Of a stretch of 64,000 nucleotides of DNA, positions 1-8,644 are shown in pieces. Position 1 is the stretch's first letter. Each line of letters opens with the position of its first letter. The notes below the pieces were generated by a model. That model was given only the letters and a program-made list of their open reading frames with translations, made no database searches and was not told the origin of the DNA. The stretch spans positions 129,778-193,777 of the forward strand of contig CAVPPI010000009.1 of NCBI GenBank assembly GCA_963707365.1. The letters are read 5' to 3'. The DNA comes from an uncultured candidate division Zixibacteria bacterium. Its GTDB lineage: Bacteria; Zixibacteria; MSB-5A5; GN15; FEB-12. Position numbers and translations under genes: made by a program.

Positions 1-122
1 TTCCTGGGGTCTTAGCGATAAGACTTTTGGGATTTCGCCACTTTCCGGACGATTGAAAACGAAAAACTTATTTCCGCAAGGAACTAAGTTGGGAACTAAT
101 TCACTCTCGAAAGGAGCGATGA

Positions 123-3100
123 ATGATAAGGAGAACTTCCACAATTCTTGTTGTCTCCTTACTGTTAGTTGCCTTTTTGGCGATGACAGCGTTTGCGGCT
201 CATACGAAAGGCAAGAGCGACTTGGTCAAGAAGACCAGGGCTAACATGCAAGCTTTTTCGTTTACTGACGAAGCCTCCAATGGTAGCGTCGGTACCCAGA
301 AGGGTCATACCACTCTGGGAACAGTATCATACTCATCTTCGGCCGCCTCTCCGGGGCAGGTCGTTGGTGGTACGTGCTATGAATATCAGCACAACTGTTC
401 CATGGGCCGTATGATTGAGACTGGACCGCATTCTGGACAAACCGGCCCGGCTACGGTTCACTTTGGCTGGATGTATATGGCAACACCGGAAGACTTCAAC
501 CAGGCTCGTTCGTATGCTTATAACGCATACAGCAGCGGAACTCACCAGTATGCCGGTGAGTACGTACTTCATGAAGATCCTTATTCCGGTTACGTCAACG
601 TCGACGTAACTCCTGATAACCGCGGTATTGTCGGCGGTCACGCTGACCTCCGTGGTCCGGTACCGTATCAGCCTCAGATACATTTTGATGCCTGTTCGAG
701 CTGCGAAGATTTCACGGCCTTTGTGCGCGTTCCTGACAGCGTTGCCGGATATCCGGAAGATGCTGAAGAAGCCTCATGGCCGAAATTCTTCTTCCAGTTC
801 GGTACTGACACAGTGCTCCACGTTTTTGCGATGAGCGATCTTGGCTATCTTTCAGCCATGTATTTCCGCTGTGTTGGTTACGAAGGCGAAGGCGAATGGG
901 ATTACCCTCCGTACGTCGTTGATACCTGCGAAGATATCGCACAGGATATCACCGGTGAAAGAATGGGTGATCGCATTTGTATGTCCTGGTTTGCTGCTCC
1001 GCCGTATCAAGAGCCGTGGTGTGACACCTGCTCAGGTCTTCCGACCCCCGGATACGACGGACTTCTGCTCAGCCAGATGGACAACGATATTTATATCCAG
1101 ACCTCTGATAATCAGGGTATTAACTGGAGCCCGAGACAGAATATTACCAAAGTTGGCCCGTACGGCGATGCTGCCTGGAAGGCCTACTGCGATGCTTCTA
1201 TTCTGTTTGACCAGAACAGCAATCTTCACCTGATCTGGCACGCCTCTCCGTGGCCGGCCGATCCGGAACTTGATGGTGTTTTCGAAGAGTTCTGGCAGGG
1301 GACAGAAGCTCGTCTGTTCCACTGGTCAGAAAACGTACCTTATATTCGTACAATTGCCGACCACAACTATTATTCCGGTGACAGCTGCGGTACTCCTGCA
1401 TGGGCGCTTACTGTTTCGAAGATGACCCTGTCTGAGTGCGATGGCAAGATGTATGCCATGTGGTCACAGTTTAATGACATCCCGAACGGCGTTGAGAATG
1501 ACTGCGCCGAATGGGGTTACCCTGATACCTATTGGGGTGCTGCCAACGCCGACCTGTGGGTTTCGATCTCATCAGACGGCGGTATGACCTGGGATGCTCA
1601 GCGTAACCTGACCAACTCCTACAGCCCGCATTGTGATCCGGTTGGCGGTGAAGACTGCCAGAGTGATTACTGGGCCTCGATGACCCGTTGGGGACGTCAG
1701 GTTCAGACCGGTGAAGACTGGTCAGTTGCTGAAATCGTTGACCCGTCCGGTGGTTCTTCCCCGACGGATTACTACCTTGACATTCAGTACATCAATGACC
1801 GCGATGCCGGTGGTGCCGTACAGAATGAAGGTACCTGGCAGTATGTCCCGGTTAAGTGGTTCCGTATGCCGTGCGTAGAGCCGGTTGCGAACCCGCTGGC
1901 CATTATCACTCCTGGTGACTATGGCGATCCGGCCTGGGGTCACCCCGGCGAGCAGGTCGACACTTTCATCACGATTGAGAACGCCGGTAACATGGAACTC
2001 AACTGGACAACCACAGTCGAAGAATACAACGGCGCCACTGGCTGGCTGGCTATGGGCAGCTATGCCGGTACGGTTCCGTCGGGTCTTGGCAACGTTGCCC
2101 AGGCTGATGTATATTTCAACTATGGTGGTGTTGAGACTGGCTATCTCGTGCTTGAAGGCGCGATCATTTTTGACGGTAACGACCCGGCATTCCCGGTGAC
2201 GGTACCGGTCAGCTTCATCGTTGCTGACACGGTTCAGAGACCGGTCTTTGATACCGTTCACACCAATTGCCTGGCTCTCATGGTCGGTTCCAACGGTAAC
2301 ATGGGTAACGGCGGCCGCGCCGGCGTCACCATGGACTATATCCGTTCCGGTGACTGTGACGAAACCGCTACCAACTACCTGTATGACGGTACACCCGTTA
2401 TCGGTTGGATTACTGATGGCGACACGACCTTCAACTGGACCATCTGGGAAACCGGCTGGCTGGATCCTTATGGATTCCGTCCGCAGTATGGCGAAGTTGT
2501 CACCAAAGAGTGTCTGCCTCTTAACGCCGAAGTCTTCCATTCAGGTGTCTTCACGACTCACGACTCGACTATGGCGTTTGAGAAAGTCACGGTTGCTCCG
2601 CTTGATGACTGCCCGTTCATTCTGCAGTATATGAAAGTATACTCATTTGACGGCGCTGCTCATACCGGTCTGATGATCGGTGAAGCGATCGACTGGGATA
2701 TTCCTCAAGACCTTAGAGATGATGACGTTGAAGGCGAGACCTGGACCGTCTGTAACTACGGTGGTATGGATGTAACCAGAAGCCTGCTTTATCAGCAGGG
2801 TTACGAAGCTACCTGGGACGACGATTCCGTTGGCGAAGACTGCCAGCAGAACACCGCCCGCTACGGTGGTAACGCCTTTGTTGAATCCTATTTCAATGGC
2901 GCTTTCGCTGCCGGTGGTCCTTATAGTGGATTCGTTCAAGAGAACGAATTGCTCCAAGCCACCGATGGCTTCTTCCCTGGCCTCTTCTATCAGGAAATGA
3001 TGAAGTCCGGCATGGCTGCTACCGACTCGATCGAAGATCTGCACTCGGCCATGTGCTTCAACCCGTCGATGGATTTCGGCGCTACCGATTATTATGAGGT

Positions 3101-3461
3101 AGTGACTGTCCTGGCTACGGTTCATGAAGGTACCTTGACCGACCTGACCGACGCTATCGATGCCGGTAAAGCCTGGTACACCACCAATGGTGGCATGGCT
3201 ATCTTTGCCGACGCCAATGCCACTGGTGGCATTGACCTTTGCGAAGGCTGCTGCGAAATCATGGGTGACCTTAACGGTGACAACTACCTCGACCCGCTGG
3301 ATATCACGTTCTTCGTGAACTGGCTGTGGAAGGGTGGCGCGGATCCCGACTGCGTGGATGAAGTTGATGTAAATGGTGACCTTGCGGGTGACCCGCTGGA
3401 TCTCACCTATCTCGTCAATTACACCTGGAAGGGCGGTACTGCTCCGGTTCCTTGCCACTAA
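123..3461 (+). CDS. Large secreted protein with Asp-box/BNR (sialidase-like propeller) region and C-terminal dockerin type I-like module
   Basis: 1112 aa ORF; AAGGAG RBS; signal peptide; Asp-box motifs TSDNQGINW and SSDGGMTW; duplicated Ca-loops GDLNGDNYLDPLD and DVNGDLAGDPLD, flanked by CC and PCH. Confidence 0.85.
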   Translation: MIRRTSTILVVSLLLVAFLAMTAFAAHTKGKSDLVKKTRANMQAFSFTDEASNGSVGTQKGHTTLGTVSYSSSAASPGQVVGGTCYEYQHNCSMGRMIETGPHSGQTGPATVHFGWMYMATPEDFNQARSYAYNAYSSGTHQYAGEYVLHEDPYSGYVNVDVTPDNRGIVGGHADLRGPVPYQPQIHFDACSSCEDFTAFVRVPDSVAGYPEDAEEASWPKFFFQFGTDTVLHVFAMSDLGYLSAMYFRCVGYEGEGEWDYPPYVVDTCEDIAQDITGERMGDRICMSWFAAPPYQEPWCDTCSGLPTPGYDGLLLSQMDNDIYIQTSDNQGINWSPRQNITKVGPYGDAAWKAYCDASILFDQNSNLHLIWHASPWPADPELDGVFEEFWQGTEARLFHWSENVPYIRTIADHNYYSGDSCGTPAWALTVSKMTLSECDGKMYAMWSQFNDIPNGVENDCAEWGYPDTYWGAANADLWVSISSDGGMTWDAQRNLTNSYSPHCDPVGGEDCQSDYWASMTRWGRQVQTGEDWSVAEIVDPSGGSSPTDYYLDIQYINDRDAGGAVQNEGTWQYVPVKWFRMPCVEPVANPLAIITPGDYGDPAWGHPGEQVDTFITIENAGNMELNWTTTVEEYNGATGWLAMGSYAGTVPSGLGNVAQADVYFNYGGVETGYLVLEGAIIFDGNDPAFPVTVPVSFIVADTVQRPVFDTVHTNCLALMVGSNGNMGNGGRAGVTMDYIRSGDCDETATNYLYDGTPVIGWITDGDTTFNWTIWETGWLDPYGFRPQYGEVVTKECLPLNAEVFHSGVFTTHDSTMAFEKVTVAPLDDCPFILQYMKVYSFDGAAHTGLMIGEAIDWDIPQDLRDDDVEGETWTVCNYGGMDVTRSLLYQQGYEATWDDDSVGEDCQQNTARYGGNAFVESYFNGAFAAGGPYSGFVQENELLQATDGFFPGLFYQEMMKSGMAATDSIEDLHSAMCFNPSMDFGATDYYEVVTVLATVHEGTLTDLTDAIDAGKAWYTTNGGMAIFADANATGGIDLCEGCCEIMGDLNGDNYLDPLDITFFVNWLWKGGADPDCVDEVDVNGDLAGDPLDLTYLVNYTWKGGTAPVPCH

Positions 3462-3515
3462 GCAGGTCATTTATTTGACAAGATACAGAATTTTCGAATT
3501 CTGATCTGATAGACT

Positions 3516-3552
3516 CAGCCACTCCGACTTCGGTCGGAGTGGCTGTTTTTTT
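3516..3552 (+). terminator. Intrinsic terminator
   Basis: 13-bp perfect stem cagccactccgac/gtcggagtggctg, TTCG loop, T7 tail. Confidence 0.92.
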
Positions 3553-3902
3553 GTGCCCAAAGAAGTCCGCGACTCATGCCGGGCAACGAAATTTGAGATG
3601 AAATCATGCTCTTCGGCCTCTCTGACTGTAAAATTCTTGCGACATTGAAGCGCACTGAATCGTCACAATATTAGTAGGATATGCCATAATCTGCACCATT
3701 TTGCCTTAACGGATGCGGGATTTCCCTCTAAGTTACTGGTATACGGGCAGAATAAGTTAAAAGCAGCACGGCATCGAATTTGTTGTATTAGTAATTGGCG
3801 GCTGACAGCCAGGGCTGTAGACGGCAGACATAAGGTGTCGGTTTTCCGGTCGCTTAAGCCGTAAGAGGCTGAGTTATAATTTGGTTAGAACAGTTATTTC
3901 TA

Positions 3903-3931
3903 TTGACTAAACAACTGTTGGCTTTTATAAT
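3903..3931 (+). promoter_or_regulatory. Sigma70-type promoter
   Basis: TTGACT-17 nt-TATAAT upstream of 4091. Confidence 0.7.
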
Positions 3932-4090
3932 TATCCGTAGTATAGGCTGAAGAGTGTTATTCCAAATGATGATTGAAGGGATTCAATATTACTCCCGGGA
4001 GGTGGAACATATTGCCTATTGCTAAAGTTATTTTTTGCTTGTTAGGAAACAATAGAGAAATATTCGTGATAAATGGAGGCTCGTAAAAAG

Positions 4091-4986
4091 ATGAAGAGCA
4101 AAATTACATTTCTGACCCTTGCACTGGTAGTGTTTTCATTCGGATTGTCCTTCGGACAGGCGGTTTCTCTGGAGGCTGTTTCCGGGCTCAATCAAGATGA
4201 CGAAATCATTCCCGGCGAGAATGTGACATTCTACATTCGCTTAACCAACAGGGATATTCAGCAGGACGTTATCAGTAACGGATTTCGCGTTTACTCTCCG
4301 GACGGAGTGGTTTGGGAGCCAATGGATGCTACCGAGAATCCGGCGACTCTGAATCCCGCTTATGCATGGGATCTGAGTTTCGGTTTCCCGTGTATGTTCG
4401 ATCTCGGGTTCTTTGTCAACTATTTCTCCACCGGAACAGACTCTGACACAATCGGGTTTGGTGGAGCGGTCGGCCAGTACGGTACGGGTCTTTCCCCTCT
4501 GTGGAACGATACCTGCGTACTGGTTCAGTATTGGTGCGATCAGTGAAGATTACGCCGGTTTGACCATCGTACTCGACTCATGTTTTTATCCCCCGGCCGG
4601 ACGCTGGGTTTGGGACAAAGAGGGTGCAGCTGTCGCATGGGACGGCCCCCATACCTTCCCGGTGGAAGCAACACGGTGTAAGTTCTGTCGCTGGCGCGGA
4701 ACTGCCGACCAAGTTTGACATGAAGCAGAACTATCCGAACCCGTTTAACCCGACCACGGAAATTCTGTTCGACGTGCCGACTCGTTCACATGTTCAGATC
4801 AACGTTTACAACGTTCTCGGACAGAAGGTGACCACGCTGGTCAATGAAGATCGCGAAGCCGGAACGTATGTAGTGTCCTGGGATGGCACCAGCAACGGTG
4901 GCGGCAAGGTTTCATCGGGCATCTATTTCTACAAGATGGAAGCCGGTGACTTCGTTCAGACCAAAAAGATGGCTCTGCTGAAGTAA
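4091..4986 (+). CDS. Secreted protein with beta-sandwich (cohesin-like?) domain and FlgD-Ig/T9SS-type C-terminal domain; two +1 frameshifts as assembled
   Basis: ORF pieces 4073-4546, 4413-4718 and 4624-4986 align consecutively to paralog 5244-6134 (GFRVYSPDG; LDS.FYPP.G.W; QNYPNPFNPTT). Removing one base near 4513 and one near 4672 gives ~297 aa. GGAGG RBS precedes ATG 4091. Confidence 0.8.
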
Positions 4987-5010
4987 GCAGTTTAAGACAT
5001 ATTTAAGCTG

Positions 5011-5040
5011 AAAGCCCCCGCCCGGTGCGGGGGCTTTTTT
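5011..5040 (+). terminator. Intrinsic terminator
   Basis: aaagcccccgc/gcgggggcttt stem plus T tract. Confidence 0.88.
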
Positions 5041-5076
5041 GTGCCCCGCTCCCGTCCGGAAGGCGTCCCTTTTGTA

Positions 5077-5104
5077 TTGACAATAATGGGAATTGTGGTA
5101 TTTT
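5077..5104 (+). promoter_or_regulatory. Putative sigma70 promoter
   Basis: TTGACA-16 nt-TATTTT with an extended -10 TG. Confidence 0.45.
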
Positions 5105-5243
5105 GAAATGTTGGCTTATGTTTAGTCCGGACGACTGCCGGAGAAGTCCCCAATAGGATGGACTGTATTGGACAGAATGTGTCCGTTGGCAGTCTTATGG
5201 ATATATCATCAGAGGCACGATTAGCACATTATCTCAGGAGGCT

Positions 5244-6134
5244 ATGATCAGTATGAAATCCAGATATGCAGTCATGATATTCGTGATTTTGTTGATGGCC
5301 GGTGCATTGTCGTACGGTCAGGGAATCACCCTCGAAAGCGTCAGCGGGTTGGTTGGACCGGCTGAGGATTCGATGCTCGCGGCCGATGGCAGCACTCAGA
5401 TAGTATTCAATCTTCGACTGGTCGGCCTCAATACCGTTTCGGGCGGATTTACAACCGGGTTCAGGGTTTACTCCCCTGATGGAGCCGTCTGGGGCTCATT
5501 GACAGCCGATACCCTTACGGTTGGAACCGGTTGGGACGCAATGTGGGACTCTCCCGGTGGCTTCTTCAAAAACTACTGTAGCGCCGATGGCAGTGGCGCC
5601 GATACGGTAGGCCTGGGGGCACTGGCCATATTCGGTGGTCTTCCTGCCGATTTCGACGAGGTCGCCTACGCGCTCACTATTGGACCGATAGGGCCGGAGC
5701 ATGACGGTAGGACGCTGGTGTTGGACTCCTCGTTCTATCCTCCCAACGGTCACTGGATGATGGCCGGTGCAGGCGGATCGTTTAGCTGGGGCGGACCTTA
5801 TAACTTCACGCTGGCCAACCCTCTTTCCGTCAATGGCGACGGCAGTCAGCTTCCCACGCAGTTTGCCCTCGGGCAAAACTACCCGAATCCTTTCAACCCG
5901 ACCACTGAGATTCGCTTCGACCTGCCATCGAGGTCGCATGTCAATCTCTCAGTTTACAATCTTCTCGGTCAGCGAGTCAGGCAATTACTCGATGAAGAAC
6001 GCCGCGCCGGTTCGTGGATTGTGAGCTGGAACGGCAGCGATGATAACGGAAATGCGGTTTCATCGGGTGTTTATTTCTTCAAGATGGAAGCGGGCAATTT
6101 TACCGATACGAGAAAGATGATGCTTCTGAAGTAA
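5244..6134 (+). CDS. Secreted protein with FlgD-Ig/T9SS-type C-terminal sorting domain (paralog of 4091-4986)
   Basis: 296 aa; signal peptide; LGQNYPNPFNPTTEI...VSSGVYFFKM...RKMMLLK; AGGAGG RBS (start may be ATG 5253). Confidence 0.88.
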   Translation: MISMKSRYAVMIFVILLMAGALSYGQGITLESVSGLVGPAEDSMLAADGSTQIVFNLRLVGLNTVSGGFTTGFRVYSPDGAVWGSLTADTLTVGTGWDAMWDSPGGFFKNYCSADGSGADTVGLGALAIFGGLPADFDEVAYALTIGPIGPEHDGRTLVLDSSFYPPNGHWMMAGAGGSFSWGGPYNFTLANPLSVNGDGSQLPTQFALGQNYPNPFNPTTEIRFDLPSRSHVNLSVYNLLGQRVRQLLDEERRAGSWIVSWNGSDDNGNAVSSGVYFFKMEAGNFTDTRKMMLLK

Positions 6135-6165
6135 TGTCGGCCCTACAAAATAAATAAATCTGTGG

Positions 6166-6200
6166 ACCCTCGCTTGCGCAGGCAGCGAGGGTTTTTCTTT
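6166..6200 (+). terminator. Intrinsic terminator
   Basis: accctcgct/agcgagggt stem plus T-rich tail. Confidence 0.75.
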
Positions 6201-6366
6201 AGATTCTACGGTAAACTAGCGCAGAAACGTCAGGAAGATCGGTCTTACTGACAGGCAACCGCGCGGGCAATCGTGTTTTAACGTATGTTATGATACTATT
6301 ACGTACCGGGGGCGCAGAGACCCTTCGATATAAAGGGTTGTCCGCCAGCGCATTAGAGCTTTATTA

Positions 6367-6395
6367 TTGACTTTGTGGATGAGTTTACGTATGTT
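6367..6395 (+). promoter_or_regulatory. Putative sigma70 promoter
   Basis: TTGACT-17 nt-TATGTT upstream of 6450. Confidence 0.55.
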
Positions 6396-6449
6396 GAATG
6401 TTCAGGCCATTTAAAAACACAACCTTAAGTTATTGATATAAAAGGTGTT

Positions 6450-8630
6450 ATGCTAGGAGTTATAGGAAATAAATTCTCAATAGGCCGGGAAACTTATCAT
6501 CCGTTTTCCGCGGAATTGCACTATTTCAGGATCGAGAAGAAATACTGGTCGATTTGTTTCGAGCGCATCAAAAGGGCCGGTTTCAGGATAATTTCGACGG
6601 CGGTCCCATGGAATATACATCAGGACAACAGCAAGCATTTTGATTTTAGCGGTTATGATCATCCCAGCAACGATCTGATCGTGTTTTTGGAGCTTGCCCG
6701 GGAGTTTGGGTTCAAGGTGATTCTCAGGCCGGGTCCGTGGGTCGCAGGGCAGTTGCCTTACGGCGGTTTGCCGAAATATCTGTTTAACGATATCAAGATT
6801 TTTGCCCGCGACGCCAAGGGTCAGGAGCGCAAGCTCACCGATGATTTTGGAGTTGAAACAGGTTATCTTCCCAGCTATCTCCATCCGAATTTCCAGTACC
6901 ATCTCAAGAGTTATTTCAAAGCTTTCATTGAGACAACGCGAAACTATGTCCATCCTCGCGGGCCGATATTCATGATAGAGCTTGATTATGAGACTTCTTT
7001 TGCCCGTCAGCTGGACCCTGACAGCGCCGACTATAATCCCGATGTTATCGAGAAGTATTACCCTCCGTTTCTGGAGGGCCTTTATGGCGATATCAAGAAG
7101 CTGAATGTTCAGTACAAAGAGAAAAACGCTGATTTCGCCAGGGTTGAGCCTCCACGGCAGTTCGATGGGCTTGACATGAAACATTATCCGAAGGTGATGG
7201 ACTGGTTCAAATTCAGGCAGTCAATTCTCAATACTTATCTCGAACAGCTGGAAGACATTTTCAAGGCTTATACGGTGGAGCCGCTGATATACCGGTCTTT
7301 GTATTTCCGCAGCGGTGATCTTTTGTCAGCCTTCGATCTCGTTCCCTCCGATCGTCAACCTTTTCTCGGAAGTAACGTATTTCCGGAAGGAAACTACTTT
7401 GATCTCGTGGTCAAGGCGCGTTTTTTGAAGGCGGAGTATGGCTTTGCTTTTGCCACATCGTTTGCCTCCGGTGCCGCGGCAGCGGAACCCAGAAGAGAAG
7501 AACGGGTGGCCCCTATTACCGGCAATACCCAGCGATTCTATCTGGCGGCCGGGCTGGCGGCCGGTTTCAAGGGAATGAACCATTACATGTTTGTCGATCG
7601 TGATCGTTGGTATGGCGCCCCGCTCCACAACGATGGTACGATTTCCGACGGTTACAACATCGCCAAACGGTTCAATCAGGTGGTTACCGGGATTGGTCTG
7701 GAGCACATGGACAACGAGCCGGAGATAGCGGTCTTGGGTAATCGCTATTACTCCTGGCTTGCCCAGACCTCGAGTCCGAAGTCGTTTCTGTATATGAAGC
7801 GGTTGCTCTATGATTCAACTGTCGGCCTCCTTCGGGACTTAATGCGTCTGAAGCTGAATTTCGGTATTCGCGAGAACAAGGATTTTGAGACGCTCAAGAA
7901 ATATAAGCTCGTTGTCATTCCTTCGGCGGAGATAATGGCCGAGAGTGACCAGGAGGCTATTGTCGAGTTGACCAAGGCGGGCGTGACGGTCATTCTGGTC
8001 GGCTTGATGCCGAAATACGACGAAAACTTCAAAGACTGTCAGGTGCTGGCCAATCATTTCAGAATCAAGACGTCGGTAGATTATCGCATCGGCAGTATTA
8101 CGCACAAGGCCGGTTCATTCCCGGGGTATATATACGGTTCCATTCGCAGCACCGATGATTCCAAGGTGAAGAAGCTGGTTAAGTCCGATGCGAAAGTCGT
8201 CGGGGTGTGCTCCTCACGTTTCAAGGGTAACTTCTATCTTTTCACTTTCGATATTGCTTCCGGTGGAGATCACCAGAAGCTGTCGTATGTCGAGTCGCTT
8301 TTGACCGGCGAAAAGATTGAATCATATCTCTACTGCAGTGATCCGGCAGTGGATGTTTCGTTCCAGAACGGTGAAAAACGAGGTCTGCTATATGTGGTTG
8401 CTCCTCCTCCGGGTGAGTTGTCCGATGGATTTGAGGCCGGCGAGAAGGAGATTATCATCAAGGCCGATCTAAAGGTCGCCGGATTCAAATCGGCCAAGTT
8501 GCGTCTGACGAATATATTCAGCAGCGAGGAAGAGAAACCGCTGAGGCTTACGGCCAAGGAACTGAGAGACGGTATACCGCTGACTATTAAATACCCGGAC
8601 GGGTTAATATTCGCAGTGGATAAGCGCTAA
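6450..8630 (+). CDS. GH35/GH42-like beta-galactosidase family protein
   Basis: SAELHYFRI, VPWNIH, VILRPGPWV..GGLP N-terminal GH35 motifs; GATase-like trimerization region. Confidence 0.8.
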   Translation: MLGVIGNKFSIGRETYHPFSAELHYFRIEKKYWSICFERIKRAGFRIISTAVPWNIHQDNSKHFDFSGYDHPSNDLIVFLELAREFGFKVILRPGPWVAGQLPYGGLPKYLFNDIKIFARDAKGQERKLTDDFGVETGYLPSYLHPNFQYHLKSYFKAFIETTRNYVHPRGPIFMIELDYETSFARQLDPDSADYNPDVIEKYYPPFLEGLYGDIKKLNVQYKEKNADFARVEPPRQFDGLDMKHYPKVMDWFKFRQSILNTYLEQLEDIFKAYTVEPLIYRSLYFRSGDLLSAFDLVPSDRQPFLGSNVFPEGNYFDLVVKARFLKAEYGFAFATSFASGAAAAEPRREERVAPITGNTQRFYLAAGLAAGFKGMNHYMFVDRDRWYGAPLHNDGTISDGYNIAKRFNQVVTGIGLEHMDNEPEIAVLGNRYYSWLAQTSSPKSFLYMKRLLYDSTVGLLRDLMRLKLNFGIRENKDFETLKKYKLVVIPSAEIMAESDQEAIVELTKAGVTVILVGLMPKYDENFKDCQVLANHFRIKTSVDYRIGSITHKAGSFPGYIYGSIRSTDDSKVKKLVKSDAKVVGVCSSRFKGNFYLFTFDIASGGDHQKLSYVESLLTGEKIESYLYCSDPAVDVSFQNGEKRGLLYVVAPPPGELSDGFEAGEKEIIIKADLKVAGFKSAKLRLTNIFSSEEEKPLRLTAKELRDGIPLTIKYPDGLIFAVDKR

Positions 8631-8644
8631 ACGGAACAACTCTC

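Noticed and set aside
3769-3784. Sigma54 promoter (CGGCATCGAATTTGTT)
   Set aside because: The -12 element is GT rather than GC, and a near-consensus sigma70 promoter lies at 3903-3931
4510-4675. Programmed frameshifting or phase variation
   Set aside because: No slippery sequence or repeat tract; the same pattern occurs in unrelated housekeeping genes
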